In this document: positions 1 to 12,726 of the stretch, piece by piece | Layout of the letters: the number at the start of each line of letters is the position of its first letter | Numbering within the stretch: the first letter of the stretch is position 1 | NCBI RefSeq assembly: GCF_001194135.2 | Contig: NC_068982.1 | Span: forward strand, 132,843,037 to 132,906,292 | Direction: 5' to 3' | DNA: 63,256 nt | Origin: Octopus bimaculoides | Taxonomy: Eukaryota | Translations under genes and position numbers: made by a program | The notes under the pieces: model-generated | Database searches by the model: none | The model's input: the letters and a program-made list of their open reading frames with translations, nothing else | What the model was told of the DNA's origin: nothing

Positions 1-280
1 GGAAGGAAGGAAGGAAGGAAGGAAGGAAGGAAGGAAGAGGAAGGAAGGAAGATAGGAAGGAAGGAAGTGGAAGGAAGGAAGGAAGGAAGGAAGGAAGAGG
101 AAGGAAGAAAGGAAGGAAGAGGAAGGAAGGAAGGAAGAAAAGAAGGAAGGAAGGAAGGAAAGAAGGAACGAAGGAAGAGGAACGAAGGAAGAGGAACGAA
201 GGAAGAGGAACGAAGGAAGGAACGAAGGAAAAGGAAGAAGGGAAGAAAGGAAGTGGAAGGAAGGAAAGAAGTGGAAGGAA
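1..280. repeat. (GGAA)n-type microsatellite, runs into an N gap
   Basis: Direct reading of GGAA/GAAG units; ORF 67..492 is its translation. Confidence 0.95.
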
Positions 281-465
281 NNNNNNNNNNNNNNNNNNNN
301 NNNNNNNNNNNNNNNNNNNNNNNNNNNNNNNNNNNNNNNNNNNNNNNNNNNNNNNNNNNNNNNNNNNNNNNNNNNNNNNNTAATATCATTAAGTGTACTT
401 GCTCAACCTATTTATCTTATAACAAAATCATTTATATACTATCATATGCAATAAGAATAATGAAC

Positions 466-880
466 ATAGGCGCAGGGGTGGCTGTGTGGTAAGTAGCTTG
501 CTTACCAACCACATGGTTCCGGGTTCAGTCCCACTGCATGGCATCTTGGGCAAGTGTCTTCAACTATAGCCTCGGGCCGACCAAAGCCTTGTGAGTGGAT
601 TTGGTAGACGAAAACTGAAAGAAGCCCGTCGTATATATGTATATATATGTGTGTGTGTATATTTGTGTGTTTGTGTTTGTCCCCCTAGCATTGCTTGACA
701 ACCGATGGTGGTGTGTTTATGTCCTCGTCACTTAGCAGTTCGGCAAAAGAGACCGATAGAATAAGTACTAGGCTTACAAAGAATAAGTCCCGGGGTCGAT
801 TTGCTCGACTAAAGGCGGTGCTCCAGCATGGCCACAGTCAAATGACTGAAACAAGTAAAAGAGAATAAAAGAAAGAGAGT
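466..880 (+). mobile_element. tRNA-derived SINE (octopus-type), near complete
   Basis: tRNA-like head (GTGGCTGTGTGGTAAG...GGTTCAGTCCCACTG), internal (TA/TG)n, AATAAGTAC...GGGGTCGAT core; the same head recurs at 950, 2905 and 11110. Confidence 0.8.
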
Positions 881-949
881 GTAGCTAGTTCTAAACTTAA
901 GTTATAGAGAATTTCATTAAAAACAAAATTTCGCATTAAAAACAACATT

Positions 950-1095
950 GGTGCTGGCACAGTTTGCTCCCCAACCATATAGTTTCAGGTTCAGTCCCAC
1001 TGGACAGTATCTTGGACAAGTGCTTTCTGCTATAGTACCTGGCTGACCAAAACTTTGTGAGTAAATTTTATAAATGGAAGCTAAAAGAAATATAT
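950..1095 (+). mobile_element. Truncated SINE head
   Basis: Similar to the 5' part of 466..880. Confidence 0.6.
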
Positions 1096-1842
1096 CTCAT
1101 GTGTACAGTTAGGTGTACTACTGCTAATGTCGTGTTTAGAACTCCACAAGTCTGCTTCCAATATAGTGACTTGGTCACTGGTGTACTTAGTAGTATTACT
1201 ACTAGTTATGATATACAGAGCAAATATAAGAGAAATTATGGTAAACAGAGTTTAAATCCTTTGTTCCCTATATACATTTCACTGTTGTGATTGTTGGGAA
1301 CCTCCGCATTGCATGGGCCAAGTGCAATTGGATGGTGAACAATAATAGATCATGAGGAGAACACTTTATTGCATTATGTTACAGAGATCAAACGTCTGAA
1401 GTTGGACGCATGACAAGACTGTTTATAATGATGTTAAGAAGAAAACAGATAAAAAGCCAATAGCAGAGAGAAACAGAAAGAGAAAAGAAAAGAGAAAGAG
1501 AGAACGGGAGAGAGGAAAAGACAGAAGGCAGAATTGTAGTTAAAGAAGAGTGGTAAAATGGACAACATTAAAAAAGATAATAAAAGAAAAAACTAAATAA
1601 AAACAAGTAAAAAATAGAGAAAGAGATAAAGGAAGCAAAGTGAGAGGGAGGGAGAGAGAAAAAGAAAGAAAAGAAAACTTGTCAAATAAGAGAGAAAGAA
1701 AAGACATGACAATGTAAAAGCAGAGTGTCTTGTAATGATCAGTTTTTTAAAATCAAGTTTTGAAAACAGATGTATACATCCATTCATACAGACAGATGGA
1801 AATTGAAAGTGAAATATAACCACAAAATATACAAAATGCCTG

Positions 1843-2122
1843 ACTGGCACCCGTGCTAGTGGCATGTAAAAACCACCATACGAATATGACTGATGCCAGT
1901 GCCACTTGACTGGCTCCTATGCTGGTAGCACATACAAAGCACCCACTACACTCATGGAGTGGTTGGCTTTAGAAGGGCATCTAGCTGAAGAAGTGTAGAA
2001 ACCTTGCCAGATCAGATTGGAGCCTGGTACAGTCCGCTGGCTTGCCGGTCCTCAGTCAAACTATCCAACCCATGCCAGTATGGAAAGCAGACATTAAACG
2101 ATGACAATGATGATGATGATAA
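1843..2122 (+). mobile_element. 5'-truncated RTE LINE 3' end with (GAT)n tail
   Basis: CACCCACTACACTC...CATGCCAGTATGGAAAGCAGACATTAAACGATGA, matching the 3' end of 3700..7245. Confidence 0.8.
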
Positions 2123-2254
2123 TGCTAGTACTGTTCTGAATACCACAAAAGCTTCAGCACTGGTAACTCACTTGTCATACAGTGATAAATCAACCGAAAG
2201 TTAGGAAGGCAGCTGGTGTTTGTGGTATCCATGGGGAGATGATAAAGATAGGTG

Positions 2255-2442
2255 GACCAACTTCAGTCTTGTTCTTTTGGTAGATCATCTGCTTAATCTG
2301 GAACAGTGGCATCATGTCACTTGACCAGAGGATGGCCAAAATGATCCCCCTCTGTAAAGGTCATGGTGACCGCCATGGCTGCAACAACTATAAGGCTGTT
2401 ACACTCTTTTCAGTGCTTGGTAAGATCGTTGCCAGGATTATA
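2255..2442 (+). mobile_element. Old RTE-type LINE RT fragment, part 1
   Basis: IPLCKGHGDRHGCNNYKAVTLFSVLGKIVARII (RT N-terminal motif). Confidence 0.7.
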
Positions 2443-2904
2443 TATATAAAACACAGGATGTGTTTGTCATGTTGTTCAAACTCGAGATCCACCCAACCAA
2501 TATTAATGCTTCATGTTACCATCCCATGCACCACCTGGCTATGTGTGTGTGTGTGCAGCTAGGTAAAGATACAACAAACCCATTCATCCATTCTTCAGAA
2601 GTGCTCTGTTGATGTTTCATGTTTCTAATCCTCTGCAACACAGCATAGCCCGGCAGCATGTCTGCTTTCTATGTCTTCCATGTCTGAACTATATAATGCA
2701 AAATGTTCATACAAAAAAACAAACTGCTGTTATGACTCACAGCCACTCGATTTTGACTATGTGACCACTTCTGGAAGCTACGCTTGCCACCTGCAATTAG
2801 TCCCCCACCCAAATTTAGTCAGATGAGTAAATGCAGCATTTGAGTGAAATCAGATGCATTTTCTTCAAAACACACTTTTATTTATGTTTATCATGTTTGA
2901 TATC

Positions 2905-3010
2905 ATAGGTGCAGGAATGGCTGTGTGGTAAGAAGCTTGCTTACCAACCACGTGGTTCTGTGTTCAGTCCCACTGCATGGCACCTTGGGCAAGTGTTTTC
3001 TACTATAATC
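2905..3010 (+). mobile_element. Truncated SINE head
   Basis: GGCTGTGTGGTAAGAAGCTTGCTTACCAACCAC...AAGTGTTTTCTACTATA. Confidence 0.7.
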
Positions 3011-3699
3011 AGGGAAAGTACATTAATGATTAAATTTCAATTAAATATAACATTTGATCACTTGTTTTCTTTATCCAAAATTTGGACAGAACTTATGGGA
3101 TGACCTGATATATATATATCTATATTTAGTACTGTTCTCTAACATAATTTCTTTCTTGCTTCCTTCCCTCTTGATTGCGGTTGCACCCACCATTTCCCGC
3201 ACCCACTACCAAAACCGAAAATCTCATTTCTCTTGCCAGACATCCAGTTGTTTGTTTCCCCTCTCTCACACTGTTTGTCTCCTCTCTTATATTGGTAATC
3301 TTGCTGCCCTCTCCTTTCTCTCCCCCTCTCTAGACTAACCAGACCAGATAGCAGCCCACTTACTCAATTTAACATTGGCACATTTATTCTTCTAGCACAT
3401 ATATATATATATATATATATATTTCATTTTTATTTATAATTATATCTGCAGCACAAGTAATGCTTACAACCACAATGCTCATTACGCTTATATTTACAAC
3501 TTCCCAAACACTTTTATATACAATGCTTGCTTACTCCCACCCCACCCCCAGTAGAGACAACAACCTTAACAATTTTAACATGTTTGAATGATGGTAGGTT
3601 AAAGGCAAGAACAACTGTTATGCTGTTTCTTATCAAACAATCACGGAAAGCTTCTTTTCAGGTACTGAATAACATCTCTCCTTCCTGTGTTACCTCCTA

Positions 3700-6600
3700 T
3701 ATCTCTTTCCCAGTTTTCAGAGTTGGCACTCTAAATGTAGGCACACTGAAAGGTAGGTCTAGCAAGATTGTAGAGATGCTTGAGCGAAGACGTGTTGATG
3801 GATGTTGCGTACAAGAGGTAAGGTGGAGAGGAGCTTCAGCCAGATTCCTTACAGGCAAAGCACACAAGTATAAACTCTTTCAAGAAAGTAACAGTGTTGG
3901 AGTAGAGAGTGTGGGCATACCTCTTGCAGAGAAATGAGTGGATAGGGTCATAGAGGTAGTCAGGGTGTCCGATAGAGTACTTACATTCAGGCTAGTCTTG
4001 CAGAATAGTATAGCTACAATTATCTCTACCTCTGCTCCACAAGCAGGCCTACCAAATGAACAGAAGGATCACTTTTATGATATTCTTCTGCAAGCTACCT
4101 CAAAAATGAGTGGCAATGATCTCATCTATGTGGCTGGAGATTTTAATGGGCATGTTGGATGACAACCTGTATCTTCTATAGTGTACATGGGGTGGGGTTA
4201 TGGAATTGGTTCTCAAAATGAAGAGGGAACTAGGTTCCTGGAGTTCTACAATGCAAATAACTTATTGATTTGCAACACCAACATCAGGAAGCCAGCCAGT
4301 CACCTGATAACTTATCAATCAGGTGACTCTGCTAGCTAGATTTATTTTATTCTCACCAGACAGCAGGATGCATGGGTACTCTTAAATAAAAAGACCCTCC
4401 CTGGTGAAGAATGTACCCCCAGCTCAGACTAGTTATTAGTGACTGTAGACTCAAGGCGAGAAGGATGCCAAAAAGCAGACCAATCCAGAAAAGAAGGACT
4501 TGGAAGCTTAAGAACCCTTCATGTGGTCAGAGATTTAGGGATATCTTTACCAAGAAACTTGATGATAGGGAGAAGGAGCTACAGATCCATGACATAGAAG
4601 GCAACTGGGAATTCCTGCAAGACAGCTTGCTGAGCACCACAGACCAAATCTGTGGCTGGTGCAAAGTACCTTCCAGACCTAGGGTAACATAGTGGTAGAA
4701 CAATACTGTAGAGAGGGCCATTAGAGCAAAGAAACAGGCATGGAAGGCCTGGAAGAGTGGGTGTAGCAGGTGAATGTATCAGATTGCCAAAAGGGAAGCT
4801 AGAAGACAAGTATATATAGCCAAGGGTGTAGCAGAAACGTTTGCCTATGTTCAGCAATGTGTGGACCAAAGAACTGAAGTATTTCGGATTGCAAGACAGT
4901 GAGTGAGAGAAAACTGTGAAGTCATAGGAGAGAAATGTGTCTGCAAGGATGATGGTGCCCTTGTGTTTAATGATTCTGCAAAGAAAGAGTCTTGGAGATG
5001 TCATTATGAAAGACTGCTGAATGGGAGGAGGAGAGTTTGCTAAGGGTTGATCCAATTGAGGGACCAGCTAGCTGAATCGACAGTACCCAGGTAGATAAAG
5101 CAATTAAGTATATGAAGACAAGGAAAGCACCTAGCCCATCAGGAATCACCACTGAGATACTTAAAATATCGGGCAGTGTGGGGTATGGTCTTGTCATCTG
5201 CATCGTAAATCAGGTAGTTCACAAAGAAGTCATACCAATGATTGGTGTGGCAGCACCATAGTCAACTGCTGCAAAGGTAAAGGTGATGCTTTAGATAGAA
5301 ATAATTACAGAGGTATCAAATTATTGGATCGGGTAATGAAAGTCATGGAGAGGGTCATAGCCCAAGTAATTACGGAGAGAGTTAGCCTAGATGAAATGCA
5401 GTTTGGTTTTGCACCAGGCAGAAGCACCACTGATGTTATATTTCTGGTAAGGTAACTGCAGGATAAATACCTAGCCAAAGATAAACCTCTGTACCTGGCT
5501 TTTGTTAACTTGAAGAAAGCCTGTGACAGGGTGCTCCGATCCCTTATCTGGTGGTCAATGCAGAAACTAGGTGATAGACAAGTGGTTAGTAAGAGCTGTA
5601 AAAACCCTGTACAGGGATGCTGTCAGTAAGTGAGAGTTGGCAACGAGTATAGTGAAGAATTCTGGGTAGAAGTAGGGGTTCATCAAGGATCAGTCCTCAG
5701 CCCCTCTTTTTCATCATAGTCCTCCAGGTAAAACAGGGGAATTCAAGACTCAATGCTGATGGCCTTGCTCTAATAACTGAGTCACTACCAGAAATAGAGA
5801 AGAAGTTTATGGTGTGGAAACACATGTTTAAAATCGAAGGATCTTAGAGTCAATCTAGCAAAACTAATGTCCTAGTAAGTAGGAAGTCAGACAAATCACA
5901 ACCCCCTTCAGGTAGATGGCTCTGCTTGATTTGTTGAAAAGGCGTAGGTAGAAACTCCATAAGATGTACCTGGTGCAAGCTATGGACACATAAGAAGTGC
6001 AGTAATATTGAAGGAAAGTTATCCTGGAAGATAGCTTTTGTGTGTGGTAGATGCACAGTGGCAACAAACACTGAAGATGTACAGAAAATAAATTCCATCA
6101 CATGCCAGGGGAAAAATCTATAAGTAGTTGATAGCTTCCGCTACCTAGGCAACCAAGTCTGTAGTGGAAGTGGAAGCTTTGAGAGTGTAGCTGCTAGATT
6201 AAGTATAATCTGGGCAAAGTTCAGGGAGCTCATACCTCTGCTGGTAACTAAGGGCCTCTTGCTCAGAGTGAAAGGTAGACTGTATGATGCATGTGTGCAA
6301 ACTGCCATGCTACGCAGTTGTGAAACATGACCATGACTGCTGAGGACTTGCGTAGGTTTGAAAGAAATGAAGCTAGTATGATCCACTGGATGTGTAATGT
6401 CAGTGGATGTCAGTGGGCATACACAACAGAGTGTGAGTGCCTTGAGAAAAAAGTTGGACATAAGAAGCATAAAAATGTGGTGTACAAGAGAGACGATCAT
6501 GCTGGTATGGTCATGTGTTATGTATGGAAGAGGACAGCTGTGTGAGGAAGTGTCACACTCTAACTGTGGAAGGAACCTGTGGGTGAGACAGATCCAGGAA

Positions 6601-7245
6601 GACATGGTACAAGGTGGTGATTTGAACACTGGGCCTCACAGAGGCAATGGTACGAGACCAAGACCTTTGGAGATATGCTGTGATTGAGAAGACCCGACAA
6701 CTAAAGTGAGATCGCAGCCATGGCTGATGCTAGTGTTGCATGTCTGGCCCATTTTAAAAGTACTCTTGATGCATCAGGTGATATGACATGCTTGATAAGG
6801 CCTGTTGAGTTAAGCAAAACTAAAATTGTAGCCAAGGCCAGTGCCACCTTATTGGCTTCTATGCCAGTGGCATGTAAAATGTACCGTCCGAATGTGGTCG
6901 ATGCCAGTGCCCCCTGACTGGCTCCCATGCCGGTGGCACATAAATGCACTATCCAAACATGGTCGATGCTAGTTTCCCCTGACTGGCTCCCATACCAGTG
7001 GCATGTGAAAAGCACTATCCAAATGTGATTGATGCCAGAACCACTTGACTGGCTTCCCTGCTGGTGGCACCTAAAAAGCACCCACTACACTCTCAGAGTG
7101 GTTGGCATTAGGAAGGGCATCCAGCTGTAGAAACCTTGCCAGATCAGATTGGAACCTGGTGCAGCCCACTGGCTTTCCAGACCTCAGTCAAACAGTCCAA
7201 CCTATGCAAGTACGAAAAACAGACATTAAACGATGATGATGATGA
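3700..7245 (+). mobile_element. Near full-length, decayed RTE-clade LINE (APE endonuclease + RT + PHD-like finger)
   Basis: APE motifs VGTLNVGTL, VQEVRWRG, AGDFNGHVG; RT motif LDEMQFGFAPGRSTTD; 3' UTR tandem repeats; (GAT)n tail; many stops and frameshifts. Confidence 0.9.
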
Positions 7246-7348
7246 CAGGGTGAGTAAATCGATATATGTATATGATAACACTTTGAATGTGGCTTCCGAG
7301 AAAGAGTGAAAGTAATTACCCAATCTATGATGGACATTACTGCTAGTT

Positions 7349-8345
7349 CTAAACAAAGTGCAAAAACCATCTGCTTGCCTCTCAGCAGCCAGAGCAATTC
7401 AGGGTTCAGGCCAAAGAAGTCAACTACTGACAGGATCCTGGATTTCTGAATATTCATCAAACATAACTAGAGTTTTCAATGGGGAATGCTTGCAGCTTAT
7501 GTTGACCTAAACAAAGCATTTGACTTGGTGGACAAGGATGTGCTGTAGAGAATTCTGGAGCACTGAGGTGTACCTCCTCAACCAGTCGGAATGATAGTGA
7601 CATACTGGAACAGTGATTGCAATTTAGACAGGAAGCTCAACATCTGACATTTTTCCAGTTAGATCTGGCATCCATCAGGGTTGTGTTTTGGCTCCCACTC
7701 AGTTAAATGTCTGCATGGACTGGATACTTGGCTGAATGGTGGCTCAATCAAGTTGTGGAGCACTCATTGGTGAAACTAAGATTACTGATTTTTCTGATGA
7801 AGCAGTTATTCTTGCTGAGTCTTTGGATGTCTTAAGGAGTTCTTTCCATTCACTAAGTGAGAAAGTGAAACAACTTGGTTTTAGGGTTTTTTTGAACCAA
7901 GACAAAGATCTAAATCTTTTGTTGACTTCCTGAGAGATTCTTCTTGTCTGTTTCTGTTGCAGGTGAGAATGTCAAAGTCGTTCACTGCTTCACTTGTCTT
8001 GGTAGTATGGTCCAAAGCAGCATTAACTGAAAGTCTAAAGTCTTAAAAAGACTTGGATGTGCTGGTGCAGTTGTGAACTTACAGGACAAGGGTGTTTGGT
8101 GCTGTTGATATCTCAGCAGGAGGACAAAGGTCCAGGCCTTCAGGTTTCTGGTCCATCCTGTCTTGCTCTATAATTGCAAAACGTGGACACTATCTGAGGA
8201 CCTTAGGAGCAGCCTGAATGCTTTTGGTACCAGGACACTTTGCAGGATTATGGGTTATCATTGGTTGAGTTTTAGATCCAACCAACGACTATACACAAAC
8301 TGAGATGCATCCTGTTACTTATATGATTCAGGAATGTCAGCTCAG
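7349..8345 (+). mobile_element. Old RTE-type LINE RT fragment, part 2
   Basis: QQPEQ..GFRPKKSTTDRI, LAAYVDLNKAFD, GIHQGCVLAP, DFSDEAVILAE-like motifs across frames. Confidence 0.7.
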
Positions 8346-9476
8346 ACTGTTTTGTTATGTTGACATACATGTATACATATTTATGAATGTGGGTATGTAA
8401 TATTGTTGTTAATGAATAAATTGAAAATTTGTACGCAAAAAGGCAAAAAATTAGAATGCCCTTACCTCAAGACAAAATCAGAAAAGGGTAAGGGTATCAA
8501 GTTTGACTTCATGGAATTCATTGGTCATACCTACATGTGTACACTACTCCAACCCCTGGCCAGAAACTACTCTTCCTCTGAGATCCCTTCCACACATCTC
8601 TTCCCCTCAACATCCTGATGAAGAAAGAGGCTTTCAAATGCTTCACTTCTTGTCATGATGTCACTTCCTTTAACTTACAACCTTGACATCACTCTTCTTC
8701 CCTTGCTTCCGGTCCTGATGTCTCCCTTCACTCCACCACAAAGTTAAAGAAAGGGNNNNNNNNNNAAGGAGCAAGCATGTGAAAGAGTCTATAAATATTC
8801 TGGAATATAGGATTTGCATCTTGACCCTGGATAAAGTATCAAAAAGACACATTTCAACATTAAGAACAATTTGTTTTTTGTCTCATCTTATAGCCAAGCC
8901 AACAAGACACAGCAAAAGTTCTCTGGATTCTGTGTTAAACAATCATGCTAGTACTTACTGCAATTGAAAAGAGTTTCTTTCCAAGACCATGATATGGTAC
9001 TGTGTAGCTTAGTTTGTCAGCATCCCAAAATTAAACCAAACTAACCCCAGCACACTCAACTGACAGTACAGATTTTCAAAATGCAAAGGTCCAATTATAC
9101 ATGACCTACAATTTATTAATCAAACTCAAGCAACTGAGCCTCTCACCAAGGAGACAATAAAGAACTAAAACAAGTGGTAAATTCTGTGCTGTAGAAGACC
9201 TATCTACCCCATGCAAATATGGATAAACCAGCATGAAATAGTCGTCATGGTTACCTCAGAAACTAACTCTGTAAACTACTGCTGGTTGTACAACTGAAGA
9301 ATAGATAGCAATTTAGAATTGATTACAATTATAAATTCAAATCACACCATGAGAAAAACTAAACACAATTGTTTTATGCAACAGAAAATGCATCTCTGAT
9401 CACATTATACAAAAGAGCCTGAATTTACTTCATGAATAATTGTGGTTGCAAAAAAAGTGAATTTAACTAGATTATA

Positions 9477-10352
9477 CAGGGTATCCTAAAAGTCACTCAT
9501 AGGCTTCAATTTTCAATAACTTCCTTAACTTTACAAACAAATGTATGAAATGTTTATACAATATAAAGGACATAATGGAAATTGATATGGAAGTCAAATT
9601 TTGCAACACCACTATATAACATATGAAAAATGACATCGCTTAAATGGCAGCCATTTTCTACTTTGCACACCCGTGCTATTTCCAAAACTTGCACCATAAC
9701 ACCCTTGAGAGTTTCAGACCCCATTTCTCTGATTTCTCTATCAATATTCTCCTTCAGTTGCACCAGGGTCTCCAGTTTGTCTCCCTTTCAGATATTTCCA
9801 CAAGAAAAAATCTGGGCTAGTCAAGTCTGGGGAACATGTGGGCCAGTTGACATTGCCATAGTGGGAAATTATTCTCTCCCCAAAACACTGCCATAGCAAC
9901 TGCATTGTTTCTCTTGTGGTATGAGCAAATTGCCCCATCCTGCTGGAACCATGTGTGAGGTCTACTTTGAATGGCCTTCACGTTCCCCAGACTTGACTGG
10001 TCCAGATTTTTCTTGTGGGAATACCTGAAAGAGACAGCTTACGTCAGCAAACTGGGGACCCTGGTGCAACTGAGCGAGAACACCAATAGAGAAATCAGAG
10101 AAGTAGGGTCTGAAATGCTTGAGGGTGTTATGGTGCAAGTTTTGAAAAGAGCATGGGTGTGTGAAGCTGAAAATGGCTGCTATTTAAGCAATGTCATTTT
10201 TCATATGTGATGTAGTGATGTTGCAAAATTTGACTTGCGCATATTAATTTCCATTATGTCCTTTATATTGTATCAAAATTTCATGCATTTATTTGTAAAG
10301 TTAAGGAAGTTATTAAAAATTGAAACCCATCAGTGACTTTTGGGACACCCTG
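9477..10352. mobile_element. Fold-back Tc1/mariner derivative made of two head-to-head transposase 3' ends
   Basis: TA-CAGGGTATCCTAAAAGTCACT ... AGTGACTTTTGGGACACCCTG-TA; both arms encode WP..SPDL..DFFLW.YLK in opposite orientations. Confidence 0.85.
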
Positions 10353-10720
10353 TACATTTCTTATTTAGATGTATATTCTTATATGTACAAAATGTTCTGA
10401 TCAGTCTGTTTTCTGCTCATAATCATTTATCATACCACTTGATATATGCATGATACCATGCTAGATGTGATTCAAAATCATTTTTCCTAAGCTCAGGATA
10501 GTACAGTCCTTATCCACAGGCTATTGGTGCACGTACAATGGTCAGTATGTAAATATCCAAGAAAATGATCAGAGATGGTCAGTGATCAAACAAATAAAAA
10601 CATGGTAGAGCTATAAAGACTGTGTATATGCATTTTAAAGATGATGTCAATAGTCTATAAAAATACTAAATTATTAACAATTTGTCTTAAATATTTAAAG
10701 GGAAATTACTTCATACTTAC

Positions 10721-10876
10721 AGTTATGGTGATCAGATTAGCAACAGTTTCTTCTTCAGAGACATTGACTTGATATCTTTGCTGAGAAAATTGGGGAAGAA
10801 ATTCATCCACAGGCAATATTTCCAGAGTAACATTAGCTTCACTGGTTTTAGATGAAGCTTTATCTTCAGCAACAAT
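10721..10876 (-). CDS. Cadherin-repeat gene, visible exon 9 (phase 0-0): IVAEDKASSKTSEANVTLEILPVDEFLPQFSQQRYQVNVSEEETVANLITIT
   Basis: ttttccag acceptor, gtaagt donor, 156 nt open, continues LDYEKQKQITFK in frame; absent from the ORF track. Confidence 0.92.
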
Positions 10877-11109
10877 CTGGAAAATTCACAAATAAATATC
10901 TTTTAGCTTTTACTCGTTTCCATCATTGGACAGTGGCCATACTGGAGTACTACTTTCAAGGGTCTGATAAAAAAAACTGACACCATAACATATTTTTTTT
11001 AAATCTCCAAAACTGATAGTTTGACATAAACAAACCAATAAACAAACCAATATATAAACAAACCAATACAAATTGTCAAGCAGTGGGGAAGAACAAACAC
11101 CCACATATA

Positions 11110-11260
11110 CGATGGGCTTCCATACAGTTTCCATTGACCAAATTTACTCACACGTCAGTGGTCAGCCTGGGGCTATAATAGAAGACATTTGTCCAAGGTG
11201 TTGTGCAGTGGAACTGAACCTGAGACCATGTGGCTGGAAAGTGAGTTTCTTAACCACAAC
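11110..11260 (-). mobile_element. SINE head fragment
   Basis: Reverse complement of the SINE head at 466..620. Confidence 0.65.
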
Positions 11261-12149
11261 AATAACAAAGTATGTAATTCATTTTAGAAAAAAAATTAAA
11301 TTTCTTATCTTTGTTGTCATCATCACTGTTGCCATCAACATCCTCGTTATTGTTATTGTTGCTATTTTCAGCTTTGACTTCATAGTCTTCCTCCCCTCTC
11401 CCTTCATTATCATTATAATATTGAGAAATGAAAAGCCTGAAGTGAAATCCTATTAGTTGACTTCATCATAACTCAACAGGTTCAAAATAATAGGCCACTG
11501 AACAAGGATGTCACAAAGTATTCAGTGTGCCCTTTTTATGTCTATATCTTGATAATAATTAAATTTTGATTGCTTTATATACTGTCTGGACAGATNNNNN
11601 NNNNNNNNNNNNNNNNNNNNNNNNNNNNNNNNNNNNNNNNNNNNNNNNNNNNNNNNNNNNNNNNNNNNNNNNNNNNNNNNNNNNNNNNNNNNNNNNNNNN
11701 NNNNNNNNNNNNNNNNNNNNNNNNNNNNNNNNNNNNNNNNNNNNNNNNNNNNNNNNNNNNNNNNNNNNNNNNNNNNNNNNNNNNNNNNNNNNNNNNNNNN
11801 NNNNNNNNNNNNNNNNNNNNNNNNNNNNNNNNNNNNNNNNNNNNNNNNNNNNNNNNNNNNNNNNNNNNNNNNNNNNNNNNNNNNNNNNNNNNNNNNNNNN
11901 NNNNNNNNNNNNNNNNNNNNNNNNNNNNNNNNNNNNNNNNNNNNNNNNNNNNNNNNNNNNNNNNNNNNNNNNNNNNNNNNNNNNNNNNNNNNNNNNNNNN
12001 NNNNNNNNNNNNNNNNNNNNNNNNNNNNNNNNNNNNNNNNNNNNNNNNNNNNNNNNNNNNNNNNNNNNNNNNNNNNNNNNNNNNNNNNNNNNNNNNNNNN
12101 NNNNNNNNNNNNNNNNNNNNNNNNNNNNACCTAACTGAGAGAAAGTAAA

Positions 12150-12660
12150 GCTGGGATGAAATATGGAAGTGGAGTACAACAAAACTAAGTTTTTTAATTT
12201 GTTCATCCTGTGATGTCTTACAATCCCCCTACAAATCTGGTGAGATGGAGAGTATCAAAGAGTGATAAATGCAGATGCAGGGAAACTAGTAACACTGAAA
12301 CACATCTTTTCCAACTGTTCACTGGTGTTGAACAGATGTAGCTGAAGGTACACTTCAATGCTGTAAAGAACCAAATAGTTCAAATCCAAAGTGGCAAGAA
12401 ACTACAGAGGAACCTAGTTAGAGATTTAATCACCTTCATTCATCTGGGAGAGCAGTTCCATTTTGAAAAAGACAGTTTCTTTGAGCAATGAAAACTGGAA
12501 TGGTTGTTGGGAGGTGGCCACAGATTAACCAAAGTGCCAAAGATTTTTCCCCATTCCAATTACAAAGAAAGCAGATATTGTCATCACGTGTGAGGAAAAG
12601 AAAATAGTAAATCAATTTAAGCTAATAGTTTCCCATAAAGATAACACAGATGCTGCTCAG
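12150..12660 (+). mobile_element. Possible decayed C-terminal fragment of a restriction-like-endonuclease LINE
   Basis: NLVRW...DKCRC...H-like residues suggest the CCHC region; very degenerate. Confidence 0.35.
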
Positions 12661-12726
12661 ACTTGAAAGGTCAATTGTTATGAATATCTCTTTGAGGAAT
12701 GTAAAGATACAGGTAGGAAAACAAAA

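Noticed and set aside
6830-7080. CRISPR-like regularly spaced repeats (also at 40110..40440 and 53491..53656)
   Set aside because: Whole units repeat with no unique spacers, no cas genes, and a eukaryotic TE context.
8612-8670. CTGATGA followed by a GAAAG/CTTTC stem
   Set aside because: G12 of GAAA is missing and there is no properly placed UH or stem I; not a credible hammerhead.
11559-12206. Long ORFs here and at 36166..36696 and 48006..48964
   Set aside because: They are open only because they run through N gaps.
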